Position numbers and translations under genes: made by a program. Below, one piece after another: positions 7,664 through 20,504 of a DNA stretch of 35,717 nt. Location of the stretch: positions 1 through 35,717 of the forward strand of contig JBNJGX010000003.1 in NCBI GenBank assembly GCA_051748025.1, written 5' to 3'. The stretch's first letter is position 1, and the number at the start of each line of letters is the position of its first letter. The notes beneath the pieces are model-generated. The model saw only the letters and a list, made by a program, of their open reading frames with translations, did no database searches and was not told the origin of the DNA. This DNA is from Bacteroidota bacterium (GTDB taxonomy: Bacteria > Bacteroidota > Bacteroidia > Bacteroidales > ML635J-15).

Positions 7664-8854
7664 ATGGCAAAAGAAAAATTTGAAAGAAACAAGCCGCATG
7701 TGAATATTGGTACCATTGGTCACGTTGACCACGGTAAAACCACATTGACCTCTGCGATCACAAAAATTCTGGCCAAAGATGGTTATGCCACTGAAGCCAG
7801 TTTTGATTCTATTGACAACGCTCCCGAAGAAAAGGAGAGAGGAATTACAATCAATTCAGCACATGTCGAGTACGAAACAGAATCACGGCATTATGCACAT
7901 GTTGATTGTCCTGGTCACGCCGACTATGTTAAAAATATGGTAACCGGTGCAGCCCAAATGGATGGATCTATCCTTGTTGTAGCTGCTCCCGATGGCCCTA
8001 TGCCTCAAACCAGGGAACATATTCTGCTTGCACGTCAGGTGAATGTTCCGAGCATTGTTACTTTCCTGAATAAATGTGACCTCGTGGATGATGAAGAACT
8101 CCTCGAACTCGTCGAAATGGAAGTAAGAGAGTTGCTCAGTTTTTATGAATTTGATGGTGATGAAGCACCTGTTATTCGGGGGTCTGCCCTTGCAGCTCTT
8201 AATGGTGATGCCGACGGCGAAAGCCAGGTTCGTGAACTGATGAAAGCTGTGGATGAATGGATTCCGGTACCACCACGTGACAATGAAAAACCATTCCTGA
8301 TGCCGGTTGAAGATGTGTTTTCTATTACAGGCCGTGGTACCGTTGCTACCGGTCGTATTGAATCCGGTGTTGTCAATACTGGTGATGAAGTTCACCTCAT
8401 TGGCCTTGGTGCTGATGGACGCAAAACCGTAGTTACTGGTGTCGAAATGTTCCGTAAAATCCTCGACAGGGGTGAAGCCGGTGATAATGTTGGTCTCCTC
8501 CTGCGTGGCGTTGATAAAAAAGAAATCAAACGTGGTATGGTTGTGGCTGCGCCTAAATCCATTAAACCGGTTACCAATTTTAAAGCTGAAGTGTACGTCC
8601 TGAAAAAAGATGAAGGCGGTCGTCACACCCCATTCCATAATAATTACCGTCCGCAATTTTACCTGCGTACAATGGATGTCACAGGTGAAATTACATTACC
8701 CGACGGTGTGGAAATGGTAATGCCTGGTGATAATGTCACCATTGATGTGAAACTGATTTATCCGGTAGCTTGTAATGTTGGTTTGCGGTTTGCAATCCGT
8801 GAAGGTGGACGCACTGTGGGTGCCGGTCAGATAATTGAAGTTGGTGACAAGTAA
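7664..8854 (+). CDS. tuf: Translation elongation factor Tu
   Basis: 396 aa. [18 protein letters not shown] and NKCD GTPase motifs. Full-length EF-Tu. Confidence 0.99.
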   Translation: MAKEKFERNKPHVNIGTIGHVDHGKTTLTSAITKILAKDGYATEASFDSIDNAPEEKERGITINSAHVEYETESRHYAHVDCPGHADYVKNMVTGAAQMDGSILVVAAPDGPMPQTREHILLARQVNVPSIVTFLNKCDLVDDEELLELVEMEVRELLSFYEFDGDEAPVIRGSALAALNGDADGESQVRELMKAVDEWIPVPPRDNEKPFLMPVEDVFSITGRGTVATGRIESGVVNTGDEVHLIGLGADGRKTVVTGVEMFRKILDRGEAGDNVGLLLRGVDKKEIKRGMVVAAPKSIKPVTNFKAEVYVLKKDEGGRHTPFHNNYRPQFYLRTMDVTGEITLPDGVEMVMPGDNVTIDVKLIYPVACNVGLRFAIREGGRTVGAGQIIEVGDK

Positions 8855-8870
8855 ACCCGAAAAATAATGT

Positions 8871-8964
8871 AAAATGATGATTAATTTAACTCCGGTTGCT
8901 GTACAGACAGTGTAATGAATACAGAAACATACGGAATCCGGAGTTGAATTAATCGAATCATTTT
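8871..8964 (+). other. Long imperfect stem (17 bp core plus 8 bp extension) with a loop of about 42 nt, filling the tuf / tRNA-Trp spacer
   Basis: gattaatttaactccgg (8879-8895) pairs with ccggagttgaattaatc (8938-8954), with one G-U. aaaatgat (8871-8878) pairs with atcatttt (8957-8964). The stem ends directly at the tRNA-Trp 5' end. Confidence 0.5.
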
Positions 8965-9037
<73 letters not shown>

Positions 9038-9057
9038 CAAGCAATAAACGTAAAAAT

Positions 9058-9246
9058 ATGGCTGTTACAACATATTTAAAAGATACCTACCAGGAATTGG
9101 TACATAAAGTGTCCTGGCCGTCATGGCCGGAACTACAGAATAGCGCATTAGTAGTAATGGTTGCTTCCGTAATAATTGCACTTATTGTTTATTTGATGGA
9201 TGTTTCATTTAAAAACGTGCTGGAACTAATTTACAGTATTTTCTAA
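9058..9246 (+). CDS. secE: Preprotein translocase subunit SecE
   Basis: 62 aa from ATG 9058. Single C-terminal TM segment (ALVVMVASVIIALIVYLMD). Conserved position between tRNA-Trp and nusG. The ORF-track N-terminus (8980) overlaps the tRNA. Confidence 0.88.
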   Translation: MAVTTYLKDTYQELVHKVSWPSWPELQNSALVVMVASVIIALIVYLMDVSFKNVLELIYSIF

Positions 9247-9267
9247 TTCATTGATTTGTGTGTTAAC

Positions 9268-9813
9268 ATGGCTGATGTTGAAAAAAAATGGTATGTGATT
9301 CGTGCTATTGGCGGTAAAGAGAAAAGAGTAAAAGAATATCTCGAAACCGAAATAGCCCGGAGAGGCCTGCAGGATAAGGTTTCTAATATTCTGATCCCGA
9401 TGGAAAAATACTATCAGGTCAGAAATGGCAAAAAAGTATCCAAGGAAAGAAATCATTTTCCCGGATATGTCCTTATCGAAGCAGCGCTTGATGGTGAAAT
9501 TATTCATACCATTAAAAATGTTACAAACGTGATCGGCTTCCTCGGAACTCAGTCCGGCGATCCCGTACCCCTGAGAGAATCTGAAGTGAATCGTATCCTC
9601 GGTAAGGTCGATGAACTTGCAGAACAAGAAGAAGAAATCAACATCCCGTTTTATATTAACGAGTCAGTGAAAGTAATTGATGGCCCCTTTAATGGTTTCA
9701 AAGGAACCATCGAAGAAGTGCACGAAGACAAGAAAAAACTGAAAGTAATGGTGAAAATATTTGGTAGAAAAACACCATTGGAATTAAGTTTCATGCAAGT
9801 TGAAAAAGAGTAA
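9268..9813 (+). CDS. nusG: Transcription termination/antitermination factor NusG
   Basis: [24 protein letters not shown] domain and C-terminal KOW ([18 protein letters not shown]). ATG 9268 is preferred over TTG 9256. Confidence 0.96.
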   Translation: MADVEKKWYVIRAIGGKEKRVKEYLETEIARRGLQDKVSNILIPMEKYYQVRNGKKVSKERNHFPGYVLIEAALDGEIIHTIKNVTNVIGFLGTQSGDPVPLRESEVNRILGKVDELAEQEEEINIPFYINESVKVIDGPFNGFKGTIEEVHEDKKKLKVMVKIFGRKTPLELSFMQVEKE

Positions 9814-9817
9814 AATT

Positions 9818-10261
9818 ATGGCTAAAAAAGTAGAGGCCCTGGTCAAATTGCAAATACGTGGTGGTGCTGCAAACCCATCTCCTCCCGTTGGTCCCGCATT
9901 GGGCGCCAAAGGTGTGAATATAATGGAGTTTTGTAAGCAGTTTAATGCACGTACGCAGGAGCAGGCCGGCAAAATCTTACCTGTTATTATAACAGTGTAT
10001 GGTGATAAATCTTTTGATTTTATTGTTAAAACCCCACCGGCTGCAATACAGTTGCTCGAAGCCAGCAAATTGAAAAAGGGGTCTCCTGAGTCAAACCGCA
10101 CTAAAGTTGGGTCGGTTACATGGGACCAGGTTAAAGAAATTGCAGAAGCCAAAATGGTTGACCTCAATTGTTTTACAGTTGAATCTGCAATGAAAATGGT
10201 TGCTGGAACGGCCCGTAGTATGGGCATCATCGTTAAAGGTGAAGCCCCGTTTGATAATTAA
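9818..10261 (+). CDS. rplK: 50S ribosomal protein L11
   Basis: [44 protein letters not shown] is canonical uL11. ATG is 4 nt after the nusG stop. Confidence 0.98.
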   Translation: MAKKVEALVKLQIRGGAANPSPPVGPALGAKGVNIMEFCKQFNARTQEQAGKILPVIITVYGDKSFDFIVKTPPAAIQLLEASKLKKGSPESNRTKVGSVTWDQVKEIAEAKMVDLNCFTVESAMKMVAGTARSMGIIVKGEAPFDN

Positions 10262-10279
10262 AAATTAGCATGACTCGAC

Positions 10280-10972
10280 ATGACAAAAAAGACAAAAAAC
10301 AGAAAAAAGGCTATCGAAAAGATCGAAGCCGGTAAAAAATATCCCATTAATGAAGCTGCAGAATTGGTTAAAGATGTTTCTACAACCAACTTTGATGCTT
10401 CAGTGGATATGGATTTCAGATTGGGAGTGGACCCCCGGAAAGCCGACCAAATGGTACGTGGTATTACCACATTACCGCATGGTACCGGTAAAGAGGTGAA
10501 AGTGCTTGTATTGTGTACGCCCGACAAAGAGGAAGAAGCGAAAAATGCCGGCGCCGATTATGTTGGCCTCGATGATTATATCGAAAAAATCCAGGAGGGA
10601 TGGACGGATATGGATGTGATTATTACCATGCCTTCTGTTATGGCTAAAATTGGACGCCTCGGCCGTGTTCTCGGCCCGCGTGGATTGATGCCTAACCCCA
10701 AAAGCGGAACTGTCACTATGGATATCGGTAAAGCCGTTGAAGAAGTGAAAAAAGGTAAAATCGATTTCAAAGTTGACAAATACGGCATCATTCACACTAG
10801 AATAGGGAAAGTATCTTTTTCTCCTGAGCAAATTCGCGATAACGCAAAAGAAATTGCCCAGACCATTGCCAAATTAAAACCGGCATCATCTAAAGGTACT
10901 TATATGAGAAGCGTTCATTTATCAAGCACTATGAGTCCGGGTATCCAACTCGATCCAAAGTCTTTGGTATAA
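10280..10972 (+). CDS. rplA: 50S ribosomal protein L1
   Basis: 230 aa. [24 protein letters not shown] and [15 protein letters not shown] motifs of uL1. Confidence 0.98.
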   Translation: MTKKTKNRKKAIEKIEAGKKYPINEAAELVKDVSTTNFDASVDMDFRLGVDPRKADQMVRGITTLPHGTGKEVKVLVLCTPDKEEEAKNAGADYVGLDDYIEKIQEGWTDMDVIITMPSVMAKIGRLGRVLGPRGLMPNPKSGTVTMDIGKAVEEVKKGKIDFKVDKYGIIHTRIGKVSFSPEQIRDNAKEIAQTIAKLKPASSKGTYMRSVHLSSTMSPGIQLDPKSLV

Positions 10973-10993
10973 ATTTTTTAAGACTTTACTTCT

Positions 10994-11518
10994 ATGAAGA
11001 CAAAAGAAGACAAAAAAAAGCTGATTGACATTCTGGCCGAAGAGGTGAATCGTTTTGATCATTTTTACCTTACTGATACGCAGGGTTTAGATGCTGAAGA
11101 AACCACAAACCTCCGACAAAAGTGCCACGAAAATGAAGTTAAGCTTACTATGGTTAAAAACACTTTGTTTAAAAGGGCATTGGACGATGCAGACGGTGAT
11201 TTTGATGAGCTATATGATCTGCTCAAAGATAACACCACTGTAATGTTTGCAAATACAGCCAATGTCCCAGGTAAAATCATCAAAGCGTTTACCAAAGACC
11301 ATGATAAGCCGAAACTTAAAGGTGCTTTCGTAGAAAACAGTTTCTACATCGGTGAAAACCAACTTGATGCCCTTGCAAGCCTCAAATCCAAAGAGGAACT
11401 CATCGGCGATGTTATCATGTTGCTGCAATCACCGGCAAAAACTGTTATTTCTCAACTCCAGAGTGGTGGTCAAAAAATTGCCGGGCTTACCAAAGCACTG
11501 GCTGAAAAAGAAGCGTAA
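10994..11518 (+). CDS. rplJ: 50S ribosomal protein L10
   Basis: 174 aa, in the conserved position between rplA and rplL. uL10-like sequence (LR..C.....L.MVKNTL). Confidence 0.95.
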   Translation: MKTKEDKKKLIDILAEEVNRFDHFYLTDTQGLDAEETTNLRQKCHENEVKLTMVKNTLFKRALDDADGDFDELYDLLKDNTTVMFANTANVPGKIIKAFTKDHDKPKLKGAFVENSFYIGENQLDALASLKSKEELIGDVIMLLQSPAKTVISQLQSGGQKIAGLTKALAEKEA

Positions 11519-11555
11519 ATTATTAATTGAATAACATTTTAAAAAGTATAGGAAA

Positions 11556-11930
11556 ATGGCAGATCTCAAAAAATTAGCTGAAGAGTTAGTAAACTTATCG
11601 GTAAAAGATGTCAACGAATTGGCTGACATCATGAAAGAAGAATACGGTATTGAACCTGCTTCTTCTGCTCCAGTTGTCGCAGCTCCGGCTGGCGGTGAGG
11701 CTGAAGCGGAAGCTGAACAAACCGAATTCGATGTGATTTTGAACTCAGCTGGTCAAACTAAGCTGAAAATTATTAAATTGGTTAAAGAATTAACGGGATT
11801 AGGGCTTAAAGAAGCTAAGTCCCTCGTTGACAGCGCTCCCGCTCCGGTTAAAGAAGGTGTCTCCAAAGAAGATGCCGAGCAGCTTAAGTCTAAGCTCGAA
11901 GAGGAAGGCGCTGAAGTGGAGCTTAAATAA
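11556..11930 (+). CDS. rplL: 50S ribosomal protein L7/L12
   Basis: 124 aa. Ala/Glu-rich hinge and C-terminal [24 protein letters not shown] motif. Confidence 0.98.
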   Translation: MADLKKLAEELVNLSVKDVNELADIMKEEYGIEPASSAPVVAAPAGGEAEAEAEQTEFDVILNSAGQTKLKIIKLVKELTGLGLKEAKSLVDSAPAPVKEGVSKEDAEQLKSKLEEEGAEVELK

Positions 11931-11953
11931 TTTCACTTTTTTTTACGATTTTT

Positions 11954-11985
11954 AGGTTTAAAACCAGCTAACTGGTTTTAAACCT
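11954..11985 (+). terminator. Intrinsic terminator/attenuator hairpin between rplL and rpoB
   Basis: Perfect 14-bp stem aggtttaaaaccag / ctggttttaaacct with loop ctaa, followed by ttcgttgttttg. Confidence 0.7.
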
Positions 11986-12023
11986 TTCGTTGTTTTGTAT
12001 TTTTCTTAACTAATCCAATGTAA

Positions 12024-15000
12024 ATGTCAGTAAAAAATCAACAGAGATATTCTTTCTCAACAACCAAGAATCAACTCGATTATCCGGATTTTCTTGCAGT
12101 TCAATTAAAATCCTTCAGGGATTTCCTGCAACTGGATACAACTTTGGAAAAAAGAAAAAATGAGGGACTTTTTAAAGTTTTCAATGAAAACTTCCCCATT
12201 TCAGACACACGCAATAATTTTGTGCTGGAATTTATGGATTATTCCATTGATATGCCCAGGTATACAATTGAACAATGCCTTGAAAGGGGGCTTACATATT
12301 CTGTCCCGCTTAAAGCCAAACTTAAACTGTATTGTACCGATCCTGAACATGAGGATTTTGAAACAACAATTCAGGATGTCTGGCTCGGGCCAATACCTTA
12401 TATGACCCCAAAAGGATCATTTGTGATAAACGGGGCTGAACGTATCGTTGTTTCCCAGTTGCACAGATCCCCGGGTGTTTTCTTTGGGCAAAGTTTCCAT
12501 GCAAACGGTACCAAACTGTATTCCGCCAGAATTATCCCTTTCAAAGGATCATGGATGGAATTTGCTACCGATATCAATTCTGTCATGTATGCTTATATTG
12601 ACAGAAAAAAGAAATTGCCGGTTACTACATTACTCAGAGCAATTGGCTTCGAAAGTGATAAAGAAATCCTTGAAATATTTGACCTCGCTGAAGAAATCAA
12701 AGCCAATAAAACGGCACTGAAAAAAGTGGTTGGACGCAAACTGGCTGCAAGGGTCCTCAGATCCTGGATCGAAGATTTTGTTGATGAAGATACAGGGGAA
12801 GTGGTGTCTATCGAAAGAAATGAAGTTATTCTTGACAGGGAAACAGTGATTAAACCCGAACATATTCAAACCATTATTGATTCGGGGTCTTCTACAATCT
12901 TGGTACACCGAGAACAATCCAAAACCTCGGATTATGCCATTATTTATAATACCCTGTATAAAGACCCATGTAATTCTGAAAAAGAAGCCGTTGTATATAT
13001 TTACCGGCAACTCAGAAGTTCTGAACCCCCTGATGAAGCAACTGCACGGGAAGTAATTGATAACTTGTTCTTTTCATATAAACGGTATGACCTCGGTGAA
13101 GTTGGCAGGTACAGGTTAAACAGAAAACTGAAAATCGATATTAGTGAGGATACAAAAACCCTCACAAAAGAAGATATCATTGCCATCATTAAATATCTGA
13201 TCGAGCTGATCAATTCAAAAGCTGAAGTGGATGATATCGACCATCTCAGTAACAGGCGTATTCGTACTGTGGGAGAACAACTTGGTAATCAGTTTGGTGT
13301 CGGGCTGGCCAGAATGGCCAGAACAATCAGAGAAAGAATGAATGTCAGGGATAATGAGGTTTTTCATCCAACTGATTTGATCAATGCAAAAACATTGTCA
13401 TCCGTCATAAATTCCTTCTTCGGAACAAACCAATTGTCTCAGTTTATGGACCAAACAAATCCGCTTGCTGAGATGACCCATAAAAGACGCCTCTCTGCAC
13501 TTGGACCTGGTGGCCTGTCACGTGAACGTGCCGGTTTTGAAGTCAGGGATGTGCATTATACCCACTATGGCAGATTATGTCCCATTGAAACTCCGGAAGG
13601 ACCTAACATTGGACTTATTTCATCACTATGTGTTTATGCTAAAATCAATCAACTTGGTTTCATCGAAACCCCATACAGGAATGTGGACAATGGAGGCGTA
13701 AAACTTCATGATGATATCCTTTATCTTAGCGCTGAAGAAGAAGAAAACCATGTGATTGCTCAGGCCAATGCACCCATTGATGATGAAGGCATTTTCCAGT
13801 CTGATAAAATCAGGGTAAGACACGATGGGGAATATGCAGTTACTGAACCCGATGTTATTCAGCTTATGGATGTGGCGCCTAACCAGATTGCATCCATTGC
13901 TGCGTCACTTATACCTTTTCTGGAACATGATGACGCCAATAGGGCGCTGATGGGATCAAATATGATGCGACAGGCTACCCCGCTGATTAAAAATGAAGCA
14001 CCAATTGTTGGTACAGGTATCGAAGGAAGGGTGGCCAGAGATTCCAGGTTGTTGTTAATCGCTGAAGGTGATGGTGTTGTTGAATATGTGGATTCCGAAA
14101 AAATTGTCGTTAAATACAAGCGTACCGAAGAGGAAAATTTTGTCTCTTTTAAAGATAATACCGTTACTTATGCATTGACAAAATTCCAGAAAACCAACCA
14201 GAACAGCAATGTTAACCTCAGACCCATAGTCAGAAAAGGGGACAAAGTGTACAAAGGAATGGTAATGACTGAAGGATACGCAACCGTCGGTGGAGAATTG
14301 GCCCTCGGACGTAACCTGAAAGTTGCTTTTATGCCATGGAAAGGCTATAATTTTGAGGATGCTGTGGTTATCTCTGACCGGCTGGTACGCGATGATGTGT
14401 TTACATCTGTCCATATTGAAGAATACCAGCTTGATGTAAGGGATACAAAACGCGGCCTGGAAGAACTTACCGCCGATATCCCTAATGTAAGCGAATCTGC
14501 TACCAGAAATCTGGATGAAAATGGTATCATCAGGATCGGTGCGAATGTAAGGGCCGGTGATATCATGATTGGCAAGATTACACCAAAAGGGGAAACTGAC
14601 CCATCGCCTGAAGAAAAATTGCTGCGCGCTATCTTTGGTGATAAAGCCGGTGATGTTAAAGATGCTTCAATGAAAGCGTCCCCTTCCACTTCAGGTGTGG
14701 TTGTGGATAAAAAATTGTTCTCCAAAACTTTTAAAGATAAAAAAACCAGAAATCAGGAGAAAATTCTGGTTGAAAATATTGATAATGAGTTTAATCAGGA
14801 AGCTGAAAAACTCAAAGAAAAATTATTGGATAAATTATTCACCATTGTTAATGGCAAAACTTCTCAGGGAGTAAAAGATAATTTTGGTGCCGAACTTATC
14901 CCAAAAGGTAAAAAATTCACACTCAAAGCCCTCAGCAACATTGATTTTCTTAATGTCAAACCAACAAAATGGACAACTGACAAAAAGAAAAATGCAATGA

Positions 15001-15830
15001 TTGAAACAATTCTGCAAAATTACATGATCGAGTACAAAGAACTGGAGGGAAAATACAGGCGGAAATCCTTAAATATTACCATTGGTGATGAGCTCCCAAG
15101 CGGAATTGTTCAGATGGCAAAAGTTTATCTGGCTAAAAAACGGGTTATTAAAGTGGGGGATAAAGTAGCAGGACGTCACGGAAATAAAGGCATCATTGCA
15201 AAAATTGTCAGACAGGAAGACATGCCTTTCCTCGAAGATGGGACACCTGTTGACCTCGTACTTAACCCGCTGGGCGTTCCTTCCCGTATGAACCTTGGGC
15301 AAATATATGAAACAGTACTCGGTTGGGCAGGTGAAAAACTTGGTATGAAGTTTTCAACACCCATTTTTGATGGGGCTACCCTTGATCAAATTAGTGAATA
15401 TACTGATAAAGCCGGTTTACCAAGATACGGAAAAACCCATATCTTTGATGGTGAAACCGGAGAACAATTTGACCAGCCTGCTACCGTCGGGGTGATTTAT
15501 ATGCTTAAGCTCGGACATATGGTAGATGATAAAATGCATGCCCGTTCCATTGGCCCGTATTCTTTAATTACACAGCAACCACTTGGTGGTAAAGCACAGT
15601 TTGGTGGACAAAGATTCGGCGAAATGGAAGTTTGGGCACTTGAAGCTTTTGGAGCTTCACATACACTAAGAGAAATCTTAACGGTAAAATCTGATGATGT
15701 GAAAGGACGTGCCAAAACTTACGAGTCAATCGTAAAAGGTACACCAATGCCATCACAGGGTATTCCCGAATCCCTTAATGTGCTTATCCATGAACTTCAG
15801 GGATTGTGCCTGAATTTTGAGTTAAAATAG
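12024..15830 (+). CDS. rpoB: DNA-directed RNA polymerase subunit beta
   Basis: 1268 aa. Conserved beta-subunit blocks ([40 protein letters not shown]). Confidence 0.99.
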   Translation: MSVKNQQRYSFSTTKNQLDYPDFLAVQLKSFRDFLQLDTTLEKRKNEGLFKVFNENFPISDTRNNFVLEFMDYSIDMPRYTIEQCLERGLTYSVPLKAKLKLYCTDPEHEDFETTIQDVWLGPIPYMTPKGSFVINGAERIVVSQLHRSPGVFFGQSFHANGTKLYSARIIPFKGSWMEFATDINSVMYAYIDRKKKLPVTTLLRAIGFESDKEILEIFDLAEEIKANKTALKKVVGRKLAARVLRSWIEDFVDEDTGEVVSIERNEVILDRETVIKPEHIQTIIDSGSSTILVHREQSKTSDYAIIYNTLYKDPCNSEKEAVVYIYRQLRSSEPPDEATAREVIDNLFFSYKRYDLGEVGRYRLNRKLKIDISEDTKTLTKEDIIAIIKYLIELINSKAEVDDIDHLSNRRIRTVGEQLGNQFGVGLARMARTIRERMNVRDNEVFHPTDLINAKTLSSVINSFFGTNQLSQFMDQTNPLAEMTHKRRLSALGPGGLSRERAGFEVRDVHYTHYGRLCPIETPEGPNIGLISSLCVYAKINQLGFIETPYRNVDNGGVKLHDDILYLSAEEEENHVIAQANAPIDDEGIFQSDKIRVRHDGEYAVTEPDVIQLMDVAPNQIASIAASLIPFLEHDDANRALMGSNMMRQATPLIKNEAPIVGTGIEGRVARDSRLLLIAEGDGVVEYVDSEKIVVKYKRTEEENFVSFKDNTVTYALTKFQKTNQNSNVNLRPIVRKGDKVYKGMVMTEGYATVGGELALGRNLKVAFMPWKGYNFEDAVVISDRLVRDDVFTSVHIEEYQLDVRDTKRGLEELTADIPNVSESATRNLDENGIIRIGANVRAGDIMIGKITPKGETDPSPEEKLLRAIFGDKAGDVKDASMKASPSTSGVVVDKKLFSKTFKDKKTRNQEKILVENIDNEFNQEAEKLKEKLLDKLFTIVNGKTSQGVKDNFGAELIPKGKKFTLKALSNIDFLNVKPTKWTTDKKKNAMIETILQNYMIEYKELEGKYRRKSLNITIGDELPSGIVQMAKVYLAKKRVIKVGDKVAGRHGNKGIIAKIVRQEDMPFLEDGTPVDLVLNPLGVPSRMNLGQIYETVLGWAGEKLGMKFSTPIFDGATLDQISEYTDKAGLPRYGKTHIFDGETGEQFDQPATVGVIYMLKLGHMVDDKMHARSIGPYSLITQQPLGGKAQFGGQRFGEMEVWALEAFGASHTLREILTVKSDDVKGRAKTYESIVKGTPMPSQGIPESLNVLIHELQGLCLNFELK

Positions 15831-15860
15831 TTTTTCGTATTTATTTAATTTTTTAGATAT

Positions 15861-18800
15861 ATGGCTTTCAGAAAAGACAAGAAAGTTACCAGTAACTTCG
15901 ACAAATTATCCATTAGTTTAGCTTCACCGGAAGATATTCTGGACAGGTCAAGTGGTGAAGTCACCAAGCCGGAAACCATCAATTACCGGACTTACAAGCC
16001 CGAAAGAGATGGGTTGTTTTGTGAGCGTATCTTTGGCCCGGTGAAAGATTTTGAATGTCATTGTGGTAAGTACAAAGGCATTCGATACAAAGGTATTGTG
16101 TGCGATCGTTGTGGTGTTGAAGTGACAGAGAAAAAAGTGCGCCGCGAACGCATGGGGCATATTAAACTCGAAGTCTCAATTGCCCACATCTGGTACTTCA
16201 GATCTCTGCCCAATAAAATCGGATATCTTCTGGGATTGCCTACCAAAAAACTGGATACCATTATTTATTACGAAAAATATGTGGTAATTCAGCCGGGGGT
16301 AAAAGAAAATGATGGTTTAAAAGTGCTCGATTTTTTAACAGAAGAAGAGTATCTTGATATCATTGATTCATTACCTTCCGGAAATCAAATGCTTGAAGAT
16401 GATGATCCCAATAAATTTATTGCTAAAATGGGAGCGGAGGCAATTTATGAGCTTCTCTCCAGGATCGATCTGGATGAGCTTTCCTTTAGCCTCAGGGATA
16501 AAGCCAATAAGGAAACTTCTCAGCAAAGGAAAAATGAAGCCCTGAAAAGGCTCAATGTTGTAGAGGCTTTCCGTGCTTCAAAAGATAAAAACAGACCCGA
16601 ATGGATGATTATCAGGGTTATTCCTATTATCCCTCCTGAACTCAGGCCTCTTGTGCCTTTGGATGGTGGCAGATTTGCAACCTCAGATCTGAATGACCTC
16701 TATCGCCGTGTTATTATCAGAAATAACAGGCTGAAAAGGCTGATGATCATTAAAGCGCCGGAAGTTATTTTGCGTAATGAAAAACGGATGCTGCAGGAAT
16801 CTGTTGACAGCCTTTTTGATAATTCACGTAAATCCAATGCCGTTAAAACAGATGCCAATCGCCCGTTGAAATCTTTAAGTGACAGCCTTAAAGGCAAACA
16901 AGGACGGTTCCGTCAAAATTTGCTCGGAAAACGTGTTGATTATTCCGCACGTTCGGTTATTGTTGTCGGACCGGAATTAAAACTGCACGAATGTGGTTTG
17001 CCTAAAGATATGGCTGCTGAGCTGTATAAACCGTTTGTGATCAGAAAACTTATCGAGCGCGGCATTGTGAAAACAGTAAAATCTGCCAAAAAAATTGTGG
17101 ATCAAAGGGATCCTGTCATTTGGGATATACTTGAAAATGTACTGAAAGGCCATCCGCTAATGCTTAATCGTGCGCCTACATTACACCGCCTCGGAATTCA
17201 GGCTTTTCAGCCCAAAATGATCGAAGGAAAAGCCATACAGTTACATCCCCTGGCCTGTACTGCATTTAATGCCGATTTTGATGGTGACCAGATGGCTGTG
17301 CATCTTCCGCTTGGTAATGCTGCTATTTTAGAAGCTCAGGTACTTATGCTGGCTTCTCACAATATTCTTAATCCAGCCAATGGGGCTCCAATTACAGTGC
17401 CATCTCAGGATATGGTCCTTGGTTTGTATTATATCACAAAAGGACGAAAAGGTTCGAAAGGTGAAGGCCTTAACTTTTATTCACCTGAAGAAGTGAAAAT
17501 TGCCTATAATGAAAAGAAAATCGCACTGAGTGCAATTATCAATGTGCGTGTTGATGATCTGGATGAGGATGGTAAACTTGTGAAAAAAGTCGTTGAAACC
17601 ACTACCGGTAGGGTGTTGTTTAATGATATTGTGCCGAAAGAAGTCGGCTTTATCAATGAGTTGCTGACCAAAAAATCCGTACGTGGTATCATTGCCAATG
17701 TGCTAAGTAAAACCAATACAGCGGTTACTGCTGATTTTCTCGATGCCATTAAGTATATGGGCTTTAATATGGCTTTTAAAGGCGGGCTTTCTTTTAACCT
17801 TGATGATGTCATTATCCCTGATGAAAAGAAACAAATGATTGATGAGGGATATGATCAGGTTGATGAGGTGGTCAATAATTATAATATGGGGTTCATTACA
17901 CATAACGAACGGTATAACCAGATCATTGATATATGGACACATACCAACGCAAAACTGACTCAGTTGGTTATGAATAAGCTCTCAAAAGATAATGATGGTT
18001 TTAACCCTGTGTATATGATGCTTGATTCAGGTGCGCGTGGCTCTAAAGAACAGATACGTCAGCTTTGTGGTATGAGGGGACTGATGGCCAAACCACAAAA
18101 ATCTGCAGGTGCCGGACAACAAATTATTGAAAACCCAATCCTTGCTAACTTTAAAGAAGGCTTGTCTGTACTTGAATATTTTATTTCAACACATGGGGCG
18201 CGTAAAGGACTTGCCGATACTGCACTTAAAACAGCCGATGCAGGTTATTTGACCAGGCGGCTGGTTGATGTCTGTCAGGATGTGGTGGTATCTGAAAATG
18301 ACTGTGGAACCCTTCGTGGTATTGTCGCTTCTGATATTAAAAAGAACGAAGAGGTTGTGGAATCTCTGTATGAACGTATCCTTGGCCGAACAGTGGTTCA
18401 TGATGTTTATCATCCGCAAACAGGTGAACATATCATCAGTGCCGGTGAAGAAGTGACCGAGATAATTGCAAAACGCATTGAGGATTCTCCCATCGAAGAA
18501 GTAGAAATAAGATCAGTCCTTACCTGTGAATCCAGGCGCGGGGTATGTGCTAAATGTTATGGACGCAACCTGGCAACTTCCAGAATGGTGCAAAAAGGTG
18601 AATCGGTTGGCGTGATTGCCGCTCAGTCTATCGGAGAACCCGGAACACAGCTTACCCTGCGTACATTCCATGTTGGTGGTGTGGCAGGAAATATTGCTGC
18701 TGAATCGTCTATTACTGCAAAATATAATGGGAAACTTGAAATTGATGAACTTCGTACAGTAACATATAAAGGTGATAATGAAAAAGATCCGGTAGATATC

Positions 18801-20159
18801 GTGATCGGCCGAATGGCAGAAATGAAAATTATTGATGAGAATACCGGTGTTACACTGATGACAAACAATATTCCCTACGGTGCCAAACTTTATGTCGAAA
18901 ACAATCAGAAAATTGAAAAAGGAACCAAAATATGTGAATGGGATCCTTTTAATGCTACAATTGTTTGTGAAAAAAGTGGGATTGCCAGATTTGAAAACCT
19001 CATAGAAGGTATTACTTATCAGGAAGACGCTGATGAACAAACCGGATACAGGGAAAAAGTTATTACTGAAACAAAAGACAAGAAAAAGAACCCTGAATTG
19101 TCAATCGTTTCAGAAAAAGATAAGAATAAAGTCCTGAAAAATTATAACCTGCCCGTTGGGGCTCACTTAACTGTAGAAGAAGGAGATAAACTGGTTGCCG
19201 GACAGGTTATTGCAAAAATACCACGTAATGTCAGTAAAGGAGGGGATATTACCGGTGGTTTGCCGCGTGTTACTGAGCTTTTTGAGGCACGTAATCCTTC
19301 CAATCCTGCTGTGGTTTCGGAAATTAACGGACAAGTGGAATTAGGAAAGATCAAACGGGGTAACCGTGAAATTATCATTACATCCAAAGACGGTGATACG
19401 AAAAAGTATCTGGTACCACTGACGAAACAAATCCTTGTACAGGAAGGTGATTATATCAGGGCCGGGACTTCTCTTTCTGATGGTATTATTACCCCTTCTG
19501 ATATCCTTAATATTAAAGGACCCACCAAAGTGCAGGAGTATATTGTTAATGAAGTACAGGAAGTATATCGTCTCCAGGGTGTGAAGATCAATGATAAACA
19601 TTTTGAAGTCGTTGTCAGGCAGATGATGCGTAAAGTTATTATTGAAGATCCCGGTGACACACAATTCCTGGAAAAACAAATCGTTGATAAATGGAAATTC
19701 CGTGAGGTCAATGATGAAATTTATGGCATGCAGGTAATTGAAAACGAGGGAGATTCAGCTAACCTTAAAGCAGGACAGATCGTAACAGCCCGCAGGCTCA
19801 GGGATGAAAATTCCCACCTCAAACGGCGCGATCTTGCACTGGTTCAGGGCAGACCTGCTGTCCCGGCTACTTCAAGACAAGCCCTTCAGGGGATTACCAG
19901 GGCTGCCTTGCAGACGGAAAGCTTTATGTCGGCAGCGTCGTTCCAGGAAACCAATAAGGTGCTTAATGAAGCTGCTATAAATGGAAAAGAAGACTTACTG
20001 CTTGGTTTGAAAGAAAACGTTATTGTCGGACACCTTATTCCTGCCGGTACTGGTTTGCGTGAATATGATCAAATTCTGGTAGGCAATAAGTCTGAATTGC
20101 AGAAGCTTGAGGAAGGTGCACAGGACGATAGTGAAAATACAAATGAAGATAAACAATAA
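15861..20159 (+). CDS. rpoC: DNA-directed RNA polymerase subunit beta'
   Basis: 1432 aa. Zn-binding CHCGKY..C..CGV, catalytic [12 protein letters not shown] and the bridge/trigger regions are present. Confidence 0.99.
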   Translation: MAFRKDKKVTSNFDKLSISLASPEDILDRSSGEVTKPETINYRTYKPERDGLFCERIFGPVKDFECHCGKYKGIRYKGIVCDRCGVEVTEKKVRRERMGHIKLEVSIAHIWYFRSLPNKIGYLLGLPTKKLDTIIYYEKYVVIQPGVKENDGLKVLDFLTEEEYLDIIDSLPSGNQMLEDDDPNKFIAKMGAEAIYELLSRIDLDELSFSLRDKANKETSQQRKNEALKRLNVVEAFRASKDKNRPEWMIIRVIPIIPPELRPLVPLDGGRFATSDLNDLYRRVIIRNNRLKRLMIIKAPEVILRNEKRMLQESVDSLFDNSRKSNAVKTDANRPLKSLSDSLKGKQGRFRQNLLGKRVDYSARSVIVVGPELKLHECGLPKDMAAELYKPFVIRKLIERGIVKTVKSAKKIVDQRDPVIWDILENVLKGHPLMLNRAPTLHRLGIQAFQPKMIEGKAIQLHPLACTAFNADFDGDQMAVHLPLGNAAILEAQVLMLASHNILNPANGAPITVPSQDMVLGLYYITKGRKGSKGEGLNFYSPEEVKIAYNEKKIALSAIINVRVDDLDEDGKLVKKVVETTTGRVLFNDIVPKEVGFINELLTKKSVRGIIANVLSKTNTAVTADFLDAIKYMGFNMAFKGGLSFNLDDVIIPDEKKQMIDEGYDQVDEVVNNYNMGFITHNERYNQIIDIWTHTNAKLTQLVMNKLSKDNDGFNPVYMMLDSGARGSKEQIRQLCGMRGLMAKPQKSAGAGQQIIENPILANFKEGLSVLEYFISTHGARKGLADTALKTADAGYLTRRLVDVCQDVVVSENDCGTLRGIVASDIKKNEEVVESLYERILGRTVVHDVYHPQTGEHIISAGEEVTEIIAKRIEDSPIEEVEIRSVLTCESRRGVCAKCYGRNLATSRMVQKGESVGVIAAQSIGEPGTQLTLRTFHVGGVAGNIAAESSITAKYNGKLEIDELRTVTYKGDNEKDPVDIVIGRMAEMKIIDENTGVTLMTNNIPYGAKLYVENNQKIEKGTKICEWDPFNATIVCEKSGIARFENLIEGITYQEDADEQTGYREKVITETKDKKKNPELSIVSEKDKNKVLKNYNLPVGAHLTVEEGDKLVAGQVIAKIPRNVSKGGDITGGLPRVTELFEARNPSNPAVVSEINGQVELGKIKRGNREIIITSKDGDTKKYLVPLTKQILVQEGDYIRAGTSLSDGIITPSDILNIKGPTKVQEYIVNEVQEVYRLQGVKINDKHFEVVVRQMMRKVIIEDPGDTQFLEKQIVDKWKFREVNDEIYGMQVIENEGDSANLKAGQIVTARRLRDENSHLKRRDLALVQGRPAVPATSRQALQGITRAALQTESFMSAASFQETNKVLNEAAINGKEDLLLGLKENVIVGHLIPAGTGLREYDQILVGNKSELQKLEEGAQDDSENTNEDKQ

Positions 20160-20164
20160 TTATT

Positions 20165-20491
20165 ATGGAACAACAACCAAAAGATAAAAATCAACAGCTT
20201 AATATTGAACTGGACGATAAAACGGCTCAGGGTATATATGCCAACCTTGCTGTTATCTCACATTCAAGTTCTGAATTTATTTTGGATTTTATCAGAATTA
20301 TGCCCGGCGTACCAAAAGCACCTGTAAAATCAAGAATTGTTCTCACTCCGGAACATGCCAAAAGGTTATTGAATACCCTTCAGGGAAACATTAAAAAGTA
20401 TGAGAGTACGCACGGTGAAATTAAAATGAAAGGTGGACATACACCACCAAAAATGCCGATGAATTTTGGCGGACCAACTGCAGAAGCCTAA
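20165..20491 (+). CDS. Small conserved protein of unknown function, DUF3467-like. Starts 5 nt after the rpoC stop.
   Basis: 108 aa. The YANLAVISHSSSEFILDFIRIMPGVPKAPVKSRIVLTPEHAKRLL pattern matches my recollection of DUF3467. The family name was not verified by search. Confidence 0.75.
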   Translation: MEQQPKDKNQQLNIELDDKTAQGIYANLAVISHSSSEFILDFIRIMPGVPKAPVKSRIVLTPEHAKRLLNTLQGNIKKYESTHGEIKMKGGHTPPKMPMNFGGPTAEA

Positions 20492-20504
20492 CAATGTTCA
20501 AATT

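Noticed and set aside
7883-8656. 257-aa antisense ORF, plus two shorter ones, inside tuf.
   Set aside because: They lie opposite the most conserved gene in the window. This is a long open antisense frame within tuf; the protein has no recognisable features.
9226-10230. Antisense ORFs of 133 and 148 aa opposite nusG and rplK.
   Set aside because: They are embedded opposite highly conserved genes and have no independent signals. They are shadow ORFs.
12160-20159. Numerous 60-175 aa ORFs inside rpoB and rpoC, on the antisense strand or in alternative frames (for example 18513-19040, 12630-13010, 14345-14725).
   Set aside because: All are fully embedded in two long, unambiguous, motif-rich genes. 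They have low-complexity or biased translations and no independent start context. This is typical shadow-ORF noise.
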